Shown: positions 9,034-18,963 of the stretch, piece by piece | Numbering within the stretch: the stretch's first letter is position 1 | Layout: each line of letters begins with the position of its first letter | Source: Cyanophora paradoxa CCMP329 | Lineage: Eukaryota; Plantae; Glaucophyta | Length of the DNA: 64,000 nt | Assembly: GCA_004431415.1 (NCBI GenBank) | Contig: QPMI01000174.1 | Coordinates: 62,001-126,000, forward strand | Reading direction: 5' to 3' | The notes under the pieces: model-generated | Database searches by the model: none | What the model saw: the letters and a program-made list of their open reading frames with translations, nothing else | What the model was told of the DNA's origin: nothing | Made by a program: the position numbers and the translations under genes

Positions 9034-11307
9034 ATGGCTCCCTCATTCAGCTCAATCAACCCCAATGGCAACACCTTCATTCTCACTGAGCGCATCCACA
9101 GAGGTAACCTCAAATGGGTGGTGGAGAACTTTGATAATCTCCAGTTTCGCCCTGAAACTGACAAGACCCAAATGAGAGCCATCATCCAGAAATTACTTTC
9201 TATCGTCGATCATGAGGGCTACCACACCTGTAAATATAAGCAGGTGAAGCACAACACTGGTAGGTACTTTGTGGATGGAAAAACCCCCAGCCTTCAAAGC
9301 ATCTGTAGGGAAATTCGCCACACCATTTCCAAGGACTACTACTATGACATTGACATTGTGAACTGCCACCCTGTCCTGCTTGTTCAGTATTGTGAGAAAC
9401 ATTCAATTGCCACTCCTCAGCTGAACAAATATGTTCAGAGCAGGGATGAAATTCTTGATGATCTCTGTGAGGTCACCCAGAAATCCAAGGCTGATGTCAA
9501 GCGCAGCATTCTGGCAGTCATCAATGGTGGGCAAGGGGCTGACCTCTCTAGCCTACTTATCAATCACAAGTACTTCAGTGATCTCAAAGAGGAAATGGCC
9601 AAAGTCCATCAATTCATTGGTGGGATTGAGAAGCAGCGCTTCTATGCTATTGCTAAGCGCAAGAAAGAAAGCAATGTACTTGGTTCCACCATGAATATGG
9701 TACTATGTGACCTTGAGAATCAGGTGTTAATGGCTGCTTGTGAGTACTTCAGTGCTCTTAAGCTCCATGTGGATGTCTTGGTCTTTGATGGATGTATGAT
9801 CAGGAAAGACCCCAAAGTATTGAGTGCTTTGGAAGAGGTTAGTGATTATGTGGAGGGAAAAACTGGCTACAGGGTGACTTTTGTGGAAAAACCTATGGCC
9901 AGTGGGTTTGATGTACCTGAATGTCAAGCTTCCCTTTCCAACATTGATTACAAGACTGCTCCAATTCCTACCAACTGTGATTACATGGAGATCAAGCCCT
10001 ACATGGATGCCAGACTTGCTCACATTATGAAGCCTGGGTTTGTCTTGTCTTGGAATGATCATACCAAGAAGTATGACACAACCAGCTTCAAAAGCTTGGC
10101 TGAGGATGTATACCCTCACATTCAGTACACAGAGTTTGACCTAATGTCTATGAAGATGGAGCCTCATAACTTCATCAAAAAGTGGGCGAAAGATGAGACT
10201 GCCACAAGGTATGATTACTTGGACTTCCTCCCACCTCCTGTAAAATCTGCTTCCACCACTGCCAAGGTGTTTAATGCCTATGCTGGTATGAAAGGTGAGC
10301 TTATGGATGTGAGTGAAATGGATATTCCTCCTGATGTAACTGAGGAAGATGTTAGCCCATTCCTTGACCACATGATGATTCTCAGTGGTGAAGATGCTTC
10401 TACATTCAATTACATAATGAAGTACTTTGCCCACATTATTCAGAGACCTGGGGAGTTGAATGGGATTTCAATCATCTTCAAGGGAAAGCAAGGAGTGGGG
10501 AAGAACATCATATTGGATTGGTTTCAAAATGAAATACTGGGTGGGGACTTGGCTTTCAGCACAGCCAACCCACTGAAGGACTTATTTGGAAACTTTGCCC
10601 ACCAGCGAAAGCACAAACTACTTATCACTGTGAATGAGGCAAGTGGCAAAGACACCTTCACAAACAGTGATGCCCTCAAGGACATGATCACTGCTGAGAA
10701 AATTGTAATTGAGGCTAAGTATGTCAATTCTCATGAGGTGAGGAATTTTGCCAGGATCATATTTACTACCAACAACACCCTACCAATCAAAGTGGAGGCT
10801 GGAGATAGAAGGTTTGTGATTGTGGAGGTGAGTGACAAGAAAAAGGGTGACATGAAATATTTCAAGGCACTGGGTAATTGGCTGAAGGAGCCAAGAAACC
10901 AGCACATGGTATTCCTTTACTTGAAAAACAAGGTGGATGTCACAGACGTGAACTGGTATGCTGACAGGCCAATGACCAACAGCTACTACCTTGCCCAACA
11001 AGCAAGTGTTCCTGTCACTGCCTTGTTCACCAAGGATTTGGTAGACACCCAAAAGATTACCAAGGATACACCAAGGACTGAGAACAGGCAACAGGTGTGG
11101 GAGTGGTTCCAGCAGTTCATTACAATTAATAAATTCAAGAATGAATTCAGCTCAAGGAAGTTCTACATTGAGATGGCTGGACTGGAATATGTGAGGCCTA
11201 CCAAGTATTGTGGAAGGGAGTGTTATGTCTTCAAGTGGGATGAGATGATGGCTTACTTCAAGAGCTGTGGGCTGTTGGTGGAATTTTTGGAAGAGGAGGA
11301 GGATTAG
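9034..11307 (+). CDS. TVpol (PolA-like primase/polymerase) fused to an SF3 helicase (DUF5906-like)
   Basis: TGRY...SLQ...REIRH...DIDIVNCHP...INGG...LENQVL...LVFDGCM; Walker A GKQGVGKN, Walker B ITVNEA, motif C FTTNN, GDRRF. Confidence 0.82.
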   Translation: MAPSFSSINPNGNTFILTERIHRGNLKWVVENFDNLQFRPETDKTQMRAIIQKLLSIVDHEGYHTCKYKQVKHNTGRYFVDGKTPSLQSICREIRHTISKDYYYDIDIVNCHPVLLVQYCEKHSIATPQLNKYVQSRDEILDDLCEVTQKSKADVKRSILAVINGGQGADLSSLLINHKYFSDLKEEMAKVHQFIGGIEKQRFYAIAKRKKESNVLGSTMNMVLCDLENQVLMAACEYFSALKLHVDVLVFDGCMIRKDPKVLSALEEVSDYVEGKTGYRVTFVEKPMASGFDVPECQASLSNIDYKTAPIPTNCDYMEIKPYMDARLAHIMKPGFVLSWNDHTKKYDTTSFKSLAEDVYPHIQYTEFDLMSMKMEPHNFIKKWAKDETATRYDYLDFLPPPVKSASTTAKVFNAYAGMKGELMDVSEMDIPPDVTEEDVSPFLDHMMILSGEDASTFNYIMKYFAHIIQRPGELNGISIIFKGKQGVGKNIILDWFQNEILGGDLAFSTANPLKDLFGNFAHQRKHKLLITVNEASGKDTFTNSDALKDMITAEKIVIEAKYVNSHEVRNFARIIFTTNNTLPIKVEAGDRRFVIVEVSDKKKGDMKYFKALGNWLKEPRNQHMVFLYLKNKVDVTDVNWYADRPMTNSYYLAQQASVPVTALFTKDLVDTQKITKDTPRTENRQQVWEWFQQFITINKFKNEFSSRKFYIEMAGLEYVRPTKYCGRECYVFKWDEMMAYFKSCGLLVEFLEEEED

Positions 11308-11790
11308 GGGGGCTCATGATAGGTTTTTGGGGGGGGTTCAAGACGTCTGGGGGACCTTCTGGGGGACCTTCATTTTTTACTTTCTGGTTGTTTTATGACC
11401 AGAAATGGTAATAATGTATAGACATAGGGGGGTTAGGGGACCTAGGGGGGGATATATAACTCCTATAGCCTCCAACTCTTTTTCATTTTTAAGCAACAAG
11501 CCAGAAATATATAGAGTTGTGAGTGAATACCCCCCTACCCACTCAACAACCCCCTAATCCCCCCTAAACCCCACCTTCCAGACTGAGAATGGTAACCTAA
11601 ACAACAAGACGTCAGTTGGCAGAAACCCCCCCTAACTTCACCATGAGTCCCCTAACCCCCCCAAAACCCACCCCACCTGTTTGTAGACCACCAGCACTTA
11701 AGGACATCTTCATATAGCATGGTGAAGAGCCTAAGCCCCCCAAGTGCCCACCAAAAATTGATTTTTGACACCCCCAACCCCCCAAACAGT
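11308..11790. repeat. G-tract block followed by a C-tract block (degenerate TTAGGGG/CCCCTAA inverted repeats)
   Basis: For example ggggggttagggggacctaggggggg versus cccctaatcccccctaaacccc. Confidence 0.6.
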
Positions 11791-11815
11791 CTTACATAAG
11801 CCCACCAGTACCACC

Positions 11816-12052
11816 ATGGACTCAGACAGCAGCTATGATGACATCCCCCTTGAGGACATGGTTGAACTATGGGAGGCAGTCAGGCAGCAGTACTATGATG
11901 AATATAGAAAGGCTCCCCAAGACATCAACCCCCAGAAATGTAAGGAATTGCGCAGATTGATGAAGGCATATGAGAACATCATATGTGATAACTATGGCAT
12001 GGAGGGGTATGCCCTACTCTACAAAGCGAATTTTAGCTGGAGAAAGTCATGA
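11816..12052 (+). CDS. Small hypothetical protein (MDSDSSYDD...)
   Basis: ATG in good context ~55 bp downstream of an AAAATTGA motif. Confidence 0.5.
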   Translation: MDSDSSYDDIPLEDMVELWEAVRQQYYDEYRKAPQDINPQKCKELRRLMKAYENIICDNYGMEGYALLYKANFSWRKS

Positions 12053-12371
12053 AAATTGGAAGTATCCCATCTCCAAATCTCCGATTCATCCCGTGATACT
12101 ATCACCGTTGGATGCCTCGTAAAAAGTAGATATTTATAGACCCCAACATCATAGCCTTACGATGATCTGGTGACGAGCTACGAATATTTTCAGGTTCGCA
12201 TATACCATATATATATACCATAATGATATATGTATATGATATATCATAATGTCACATGACATATATATATAACATAGCTTTCCGGACTCGCCGCGTCATG
12301 GCGATCACGGCGCTGTAGTAGGTGCGAAAACGTGTTTTTTTTTCATATATATCATATACATATATATGAGC

Positions 12372-12585
12372 CAGCCTACCGGTCAGCAGTAGGCACTGTA
12401 TGGCAGCCTACCGGTCAGCAGTAGGCACTGTATGGCAGCCTACCGGTTAGCAGTAGGCACTGTATGGCAGCCTACAGGTCAGCAGTAGGCACTGTATGGC
12501 GGCCTACAGGTCAGCAGTAGGCACTGTATGGCGGCCTACAGGTCAGCAGTAGGCAAGCCCGCCTGCCTACCGTACAGCAGTAGGC
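12372..12585. repeat. 32-bp tandem array, ~6.5 units, each with a GCCTAC-N9-GTAGGC palindrome
   Basis: Unit cagcctaccggtcagcagtaggcactgtatgg starts at 12372, 12404, 12436, 12468, 12500 and 12532, plus a degenerate seventh. Confidence 0.9.
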
Positions 12586-12779
12586 GGTTTTTTCCTTATA
12601 GAGCTCTATAAGAACTTTTCTAAAACTTTCAATTAGAGCCACTTAAGGAACTTCAAACGCGAATATCTCGGCACCAGATTGGCCGTTTTGAGCGCTCTTT
12701 TTTTTCCTGTGAAGCTCTCATCAAGCTCTACGCAGAGCCGCCCCTTTCGCATTTTTATGCTGCCTAAAAGTAGATTATT

Positions 12780-13016
12780 ATGACAACTCCCATCCATACT
12801 CGCCTTGTAGAGGTGTCCTTTGAACTCTCATATTTGGCGCTGACGTCTCCAAGCTCAGAACTGAGTAACTCCATACATCGCCTCTCTATAGAACTGTACA
12901 ACCTTGGACACCGCATAGCTCCTTTGTCTCCACACATTAAAGCAGCCTTACAAAAAATATCAAACGACCTTCTCATGCTTGGAAACGAGATTAATACCTT
13001 CCCTGATGGCCAGTGA
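12780..13016 (+). CDS. Hypothetical 78-aa helical protein
   Basis: ATG after an AT-rich leader; converges on the next gene. Confidence 0.35.
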   Translation: MTTPIHTRLVEVSFELSYLALTSPSSELSNSIHRLSIELYNLGHRIAPLSPHIKAALQKISNDLLMLGNEINTFPDGQ

Positions 13017-13416
13017 TGTGTTCAACCTGCTCCCTTAAATGGTATGCCCTGATCACCGCGTCGCTGAAAGCGTCTTGAGCCTCCCTATAGTGATCCCCAT
13101 ATGCGTAAACGTTCCCCCTTTCAGGTGTTGAAGGCCTAACCTGAACATGTAGCTGCCCTTGGTACTCATCCAATGCGTTATTTACAGCCTCAACCAATTC
13201 CGCGCCATTCACCTCTCCAATAGGCTCCAAACTTTCCCTTTGCCCCTCATGCGAGCCAGCCCTGCCCATCACCACATCCAAAGAGTTCCTCCTGGATCCA
13301 CTTGGGGAGGAAGATCCAATGCTGACGTCAATAGTAGTATCGCAACAGCTACATTTATAATTGCTGGTCACATGTATATGAAACATATCCAGCAATTGTT
13401 GGAGCCATTGCCACAT
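12991..13416 (-). CDS. Conserved hypothetical protein (CCDTT motif), homologue of B 48913-49191
   Basis: MFHIHVTSNYKCSCCDTTIDV...SRRNS versus MFNLHVVSNCHSGCCDTTVEV...SRRNS. Confidence 0.75.
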   Translation of the reverse strand: MWQWLQQLLDMFHIHVTSNYKCSCCDTTIDVSIGSSSPSGSRRNSLDVVMGRAGSHEGQRESLEPIGEVNGAELVEAVNNALDEYQGQLHVQVRPSTPERGNVYAYGDHYREAQDAFSDAVIRAYHLREQVEHITGHQGRY

Positions 13417-13441
13417 CTTACTATTAACGAGACAAAATAAC

Positions 13442-13671
13442 TCAGTTGCTGCTCTCAGTAGTCTGATAATATTTAATTGGCCTCCCTATGGGCCTCACTG
13501 CTTCTTTTTGTGCCTTTCGGCGATAATATGATGCCAAGGCTTGCTGTTTCTTAAACTCTCTATATTTTGGGTCTTCCCTGTATCTTTTTGGTTTGCTAAA
13601 GCGTTTTTAATATAACTCTCAGTCACAGGGCTATCGACAGTGAACTCCACCAGACTAATGGTGTCCTCCAT
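13442..13671 (-). pseudogene. Small basic protein, orthologue of B 48463-48699, with a 1-bp frameshift
   Basis: MEDTISLVEF..., then after the shift REDPKYREFKKQQALASYYRRK...IGRPIKY. Not in the ORF track. Confidence 0.75.
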
Positions 13672-13696
13672 TTATAATATCTATAGAAAAACGCTT

Positions 13697-14314
13697 TCAA
13701 AGCCAAACCCGTCGTTTATACACTGTGGGAGCTACACCTTTGTCCACCTCAGCCTTTGTAGCGCCAGGCTCAATAGTCCCCTTTTGAGTCTTTGTTTTCA
13801 TTTCATCAACAGCTTGCTCATCGATTTGGGTCTCTTTCTTGGCAATAAACTGTTTATCTGGAATCCCAGTGATCCCCATTTTGAACACCTCCTTTCTAAG
13901 CATTTCCTTGAGTTTGGATCTCTCTCTCTTCTCAGTTACATACTGCTCTAAGGCACTTGACTTGGCTTCCAGATCTTTAAGCTTGGCAGTCATCTTGCGA
14001 GTGAGTGATAGATCTTGGAGCCCAAGACCTTTATCATCAGCAGCACCTATAATTCGCCTGGCACCCTCACCTACAGCCTTCATTTTAGAAGCTTCAGGGG
14101 AGATGTTGAGCTGATCACTGGTGGACGTCTGTGGGGCTTTGTCATCAAAGGATTCCTCATAGGCGGCATTAAGGGGATCCTCTTGCTGTTGTGAGGGCTT
14201 TATCTCATTCATTCCATTGAATTTAAGCGGGTCTGTGTTAATGGAGCCATTGTTACCACCACCTGAATAACCAACAGCCCCAGCAGGGATGCCTATTTTG
14301 CGTTTGGGGGGCAT
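13697..14314 (-). CDS. Conserved Lys/Glu-rich protein (candidate virion core protein)
   Basis: Highly similar to B 49215-49946 but ~39 aa shorter internally; lies next to the ATPase. Function inferred only. Confidence 0.75.
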   Translation of the reverse strand: MPPKRKIGIPAGAVGYSGGGNNGSINTDPLKFNGMNEIKPSQQQEDPLNAAYEESFDDKAPQTSTSDQLNISPEASKMKAVGEGARRIIGAADDKGLGLQDLSLTRKMTAKLKDLEAKSSALEQYVTEKRERSKLKEMLRKEVFKMGITGIPDKQFIAKKETQIDEQAVDEMKTKTQKGTIEPGATKAEVDKGVAPTVYKRRVWL

Positions 14315-14342
14315 TGTGTCTTTATTAAAGTGAGAGATATTT

Positions 14343-15124
14343 TTATAGACCGCGTTTATATCGCATTAACTTATTACTATGAACTTGGCTTTTCACTTCT
14401 TTGCGCCCCTCTTCTTTCTCTGGTGGTTTAAGCTCATCTTCTTTCTTTTTTGGCTTCCTGTGGAACCGTGGAAATGGGAAATCTTTGACCAAATCCGCTT
14501 TATCTACGAAATATTTCACAGAATAATCGGCAGATGACCAAATTAGGAACTGGTAGGAATGAACGTACTCTTCAAACATTTTATAGAAAACATCTTTGTC
14601 CCGCATTATATTATATTCTTCCTCAATGGCTTCAAGCTCCTTTCTATTGGCAGCGCTTAGGAACATAGCATAATCTGAGTTGACGCGAATGGTCGATGAG
14701 ACTTTCCTTAGCTTTTGTGTGATACAGATAATAGATATTTTCAAATGTCTGCCCATAGAGTACAATTTGTTGATTATTTTATCGCGAGTGAGATCGACCA
14801 AGTCATTATCAATTAGATCGTCCAGTACAACTAAGAGTTGATTAATCGGCTCTCCTTTTTCTATTTTCTGTTGTCGATCTTCCAGAACCTTTTCAATGTA
14901 AGGAGCATCCCATTTGCCAAGCTGAACACTTGCTACATTGTTCCAAAAGTTGTTAAAAGCCGTTCCACTGATTACAAGGACGACATCAATCTTTTTGGCA
15001 TCATGAAGCTGCTTGAGCCAATACTTTACAGCCTCTGATTTACCAGTAGCAGATTTGCCAATTGCCAAAACGCGGAAAGGGGATTTATCATCTCACCAGC
15101 ATTAAATTCGTCCAAGTCGCCCAT
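14343..15124 (-). CDS. A32-like (FtsK/HerA) packaging ATPase, copy 1; 1-bp deletion near 15080
   Basis: GKSATGKS, LLVVLDD, GRHLKISIICITQ. The start MGDLDEFNAGEMI matches B's MVELEEFNAAEMI. Confidence 0.88.
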
Positions 15125-15177
15125 GCTTCCTTCTATAAAGAACCAGATAAAAATAATACGATGTGACTGAATATGGT

Positions 15178-16548
15178 TTATAGATTGATCCGCCGCAGCC
15201 CGTCCTTGTCCACTATGATAAAGCTGTGCATGAGAGCGCGAACATTGACATCAATTGCCTTGTCAGTGGGCATGTAGAGAGTGAGGAATGAAGATGAAGA
15301 ATTGGTCAGGTCAACATAGCCAGACTGGGCAATATTGCGAATAGCCTTTTCACCATCAAGACAGAATGGCAGCCCTGAAAGAACATAGCGATCAGCAACC
15401 TTATCCATATTAGAGCATTTGAAGACATCAGCAATCAGCTCAGCACCCTTGAGCAGTGGAATAGGCTCAGTGGCATAAAGTCGCTGGCCGTTTATTTCAA
15501 TTGTGAATGTGATCTCTTTGGAGTTGGAGTAGGTCTTAAGTACACTGTGGGAACCATTTGCTTTGTCAACATTAGCGTTATCACGAACTGAAACAAGCAG
15601 AGCATAAACGAGACCTGAGATTTGGGAGAGGTTAACTCGATTGGGTTGGGCACCACCCTTGGCTTTCATATCACTGACATCCACAAATCCAATATCCAGA
15701 GCAGGGATAGCCATGCCAGTTGTCTTTACCTTCTCAATAACAGTAGCAAAAAGCTCATCAGACACATTAACAGCATACATGTAAAGGCGAGGAGAAGTAA
15801 TTGTAATTTCAGTGCTCGGCGCACCAAGATTGAAAGTGGTGATGTTTTGGCCAACATGTGCCAGCACAGATTCAGCAGGTGCGACGCCAAGCCCATCGTC
15901 CTTGTCCCCATCAATGGCTGTGTCCCCAGCCTTAGGAAGAGTACGACCACCATAAGAAGTCTCAACATAACCCTTCCCTACATCCTTGAACCAAACAGTT
16001 ACTACCATTTCACCAGACAGAGCACCAAGAGGCAGGTAGTGGTTTAGCCAAGGCACAGGAATTTCGACGAAGAAAGAACCACCAAGTCGGTTGGTTCCAT
16101 GGGCGGGGATGCCGTGAAGCATACCCATTGACCGCTTCTTTTTGGCAAGTTGATCCTCACTATAATAGACAAGAGGGAAATGAGCAAGGAAATCAGAAGG
16201 GATATGGTAGGTGTATGACCCATAGGTAATTTCAAGTCGCTGAACCAAAGCACCCACTGGGCGAGTGTACCCATTCCGAACAAGATCCGCATCACCAAAA
16301 GTGATAGCTGGAAGGTCAAAGGCAAGTTCGAGTTTGCCACAGAAATTGTAGCGAGGGAGTTTGAATGAAATGCGATTTCCAACATTATTTTCAAAAGTAT
16401 TGCTCGGGTTCACAACAACAAGAACGGGCTTAGACTTGGATTCAAGACCAAGCATAAGGGAGTTATCCAGAAAGAAGGCCTTGGCCTCCTCTGGGGTTGT
16501 TAGGGCTTCTTTCAACGAAAGGCGCTGGAGGGTCGACGTAATATCCAT
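15178..16548 (-). CDS. Probable double jelly-roll major capsid protein, copy 1
   Basis: 456 aa, beta-rich, ISFKLPRY...KLELAFDLP pattern, between ATPase and penton, strongly conserved with B. Fold inferred. Confidence 0.72.
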   Translation of the reverse strand: MDITSTLQRLSLKEALTTPEEAKAFFLDNSLMLGLESKSKPVLVVVNPSNTFENNVGNRISFKLPRYNFCGKLELAFDLPAITFGDADLVRNGYTRPVGALVQRLEITYGSYTYHIPSDFLAHFPLVYYSEDQLAKKKRSMGMLHGIPAHGTNRLGGSFFVEIPVPWLNHYLPLGALSGEMVVTVWFKDVGKGYVETSYGGRTLPKAGDTAIDGDKDDGLGVAPAESVLAHVGQNITTFNLGAPSTEITITSPRLYMYAVNVSDELFATVIEKVKTTGMAIPALDIGFVDVSDMKAKGGAQPNRVNLSQISGLVYALLVSVRDNANVDKANGSHSVLKTYSNSKEITFTIEINGQRLYATEPIPLLKGAELIADVFKCSNMDKVADRYVLSGLPFCLDGEKAIRNIAQSGYVDLTNSSSSFLTLYMPTDKAIDVNVRALMHSFIIVDKDGLRRINL

Positions 16549-16602
16549 GATTTTCGCTTTTATTATACTGTAACATAAAAAAATTACGAATGATCCTTGT
16601 GT

Positions 16603-17634
16603 TTACCCGAAACTCGCAATGACCGGATATGTTGGATGACTTTGCGACATCCGCATCTTAAAGTATTCATAGAGAGGGTCACCTGCTGGCTCGTCCCCAT
16701 AGCGAATTTCAAATGTGAGGTGGACAGGTTGACCCTCAAAATCAATTGGTTCGTTTATAGCATTTACTATATCCACAGAGAATGTAGACAAACTCATTTT
16801 TTTGTTATAGTATTTGTAAAGTGGGTGGGATTCTGTCGAATTGTAAACCACATGCTCACCATAGTCCTTGTCAGGAACCACGATTTTGTGGAAGTAACCA
16901 GTCAGGAGACCATCCCCACACTGAACCAGATCACCCAACTCTTTTACTCTGACAAATAAAACACTGTCCCTTGTCTTTTCAGGCTCAAACGAAGATATAA
17001 TACCATTCACCCGTTCACCAGTAAAGATGCCATCAGTAAGAGCATTATAAACCTGTGATTGAATTGGGGAATTTCCATATCTTCCGGGATCAAGACCAAG
17101 CAATCGGGCAGCACTCAGTAACTTTTGGATCGTTTTCTGGTTTGGATTTCCAGCGTTAGAGAAGGCTAAATAGAAAGGTTTCTCTGAGTGGAATATAATC
17201 CGTTTTAGTGACTCATCCCATTTACAGCGAATAGATGGTTCCGGCTCTCTATCATCGAATTTCGCATTAATTACATTTACCAATTGCTGGTGGCTTTGAA
17301 TGGGTTTTTTGCGACTTATGATTAATTGCTTCCAAGGTTCAAAGCCGGCCGCTGGTCGAGTAGTTGGAATGCCATCAATGCCAGCACCATCGAATTCTTC
17401 ACTCCAAAAAATGCTGAATGAATTATCAATTGTAATATCCCCTGGTTGCGTTTCACCACTCACCATAGGGATACTATTATAAAATTCGGCTGAGACCAGC
17501 CTGACAGCCCTAACATTCTCATATATGTTTGGAAGTCGAGCTACAAAGCTTGAAGTAGGACCGTCACCAGAGATTGTATTAAAAGAGCTCACCTCAATGT
17601 AGTCCACGGGCATTCTCCTTTTATCTATATTCAT
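16603..17634 (-). CDS. Probable penton/minor capsid protein 1, copy 1 (likely start MPV at 17613)
   Basis: FVARLP..YENVRAVRLVSAEFYNS and C-terminal VDIVN...PIDFEG.PVHLTFEI resemble single jelly-roll pentons. Confidence 0.65.
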   Translation of the reverse strand: MNIDKRRMPVDYIEVSSFNTISGDGPTSSFVARLPNIYENVRAVRLVSAEFYNSIPMVSGETQPGDITIDNSFSIFWSEEFDGAGIDGIPTTRPAAGFEPWKQLIISRKKPIQSHQQLVNVINAKFDDREPEPSIRCKWDESLKRIIFHSEKPFYLAFSNAGNPNQKTIQKLLSAARLLGLDPGRYGNSPIQSQVYNALTDGIFTGERVNGIISSFEPEKTRDSVLFVRVKELGDLVQCGDGLLTGYFHKIVVPDKDYGEHVVYNSTESHPLYKYYNKKMSLSTFSVDIVNAINEPIDFEGQPVHLTFEIRYGDEPAGDPLYEYFKMRMSQSHPTYPVIASFG

Positions 17635-17682
17635 ATATTAAAATGAACCGGCTTGTCAATGTTGATAGCAGGGATCGCAGCC

Positions 17683-17898
17683 CGCCGCCGCGCCGGCGTT
17701 GGCCGGCGTCGGCGCGGGCGGACCCGGGAGGCTAGGCGCAGCGGCAGACCTTCCCCCCGCGGCCGCGGCAGAGCTCGAGGGAGCGACGAGCACAGCTGTG
17801 CAGCATGCGCACCGATGGAACAGATGCGAGTTTGATGCCCAGCTGCAGCTGCGACGTTCGCTGCTGCGTCTCGCGGCCGCGGTCGCGTGAAGTGAGAG
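17683..17898. other. 216-bp GC-rich foreign (host-like) filler at the duplication junction
   Basis: Abrupt composition change; no match noticed elsewhere in the window. Confidence 0.8.
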
Positions 17899-18100
17899 GA
17901 TCACTGGTGGACGTCTGTGGGGCTTTGTCATCAAAGGATTCCTCATAGGCGGCATTAAGGGGATCCTCTTGCTGTTGTGAGGGCTTTATCTCATTCATTC
18001 CATTGAATTTAAGCGGGTCTGTGTTAATGGAGCCATTGTTACCACCACCTGAATAACCAACAGCCCCAGCAGGGATGCCTATTTTGCGTTTGGGGGGCAT
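17899..18100 (-). pseudogene. Truncated duplicate of 13697-14314 (5' part only, fused to the filler)
   Basis: Identical first ~67 aa. Confidence 0.85.
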
Positions 18101-18128
18101 TGTGTCTTTATTAAAGTGAGAGATATTT

Positions 18129-18910
18129 TTATAGACCGCGTTTATATCGCATTAACTTATTACTATGAACTTGGCTTTTCACTTCTTTGCGCCCCTCTTC
18201 TTTCTCTGGTGGTTTAAGCTCATCTTCTTTCTTTTTTGGCTTCCTGTGGAACCGTGGAAATGGGAAATCTTTGACCAAATCCGCTTTATCTACGAAATAT
18301 TTCACAGAATAATCGGCAGATGACCAAATTAGGAACTGGTAGGAATGAACGTACTCTTCAAACATTTTATAGAAAACATCTTTGTCCCGCATTATATTAT
18401 ATTCTTCCTCAATGGCTTCAAGCTCCTTTCTATTGGCAGCGCTTAGGAACATAGCATAATCTGAGTTGACGCGAATGGTCGATGAGACTTTCCTTAGCTT
18501 TTGTGTGATACAGATAATAGATATTTTCAAATGTCTGCCCATAGAGTACAATTTGTTGATTATTTTATCGCGAGTGAGATCGACCAAGTCATTATCAATT
18601 AGATCGTCCAGTACAACTAAGAGTTGATTAATCGGCTCTCCTTTTTCTATTTTCTGTTGTCGATCTTCCAGAACCTTTTCAATGTAAGGAGCATCCCATT
18701 TGCCAAGCTGAACACTTGCTACATTGTTCCAAAAGTTGTTAAAAGCCGTTCCACTGATTACAAGGACGACATCAATCTTTTTGGCATCATGAAGCTGCTT
18801 GAGCCAATACTTTACAGCCTCTGATTTACCAGTAGCAGATTTGCCAATTGCCAAAACGCGGAAAGGGGATTTATCATCTCACCAGCATTAAATTCGTCCA
18901 AGTCGCCCAT
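18129..18910 (-). CDS. Packaging ATPase, copy 2 (same frameshift as copy 1)
   Basis: Same translation as copy 1. Confidence 0.85.
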
Positions 18911-18963
18911 GCTTCCTTCTATAAAGAACCAGATAAAAATAATACGATGTGACTGAATATGGT

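Noticed and set aside
12372-12585. CRISPR array
   Set aside because: Units are contiguous with no unique spacers, and there are no cas genes.
17653-18100. Novel genes across the GC-rich filler
   Set aside because: Chimaeric frames produced by the duplication junction.
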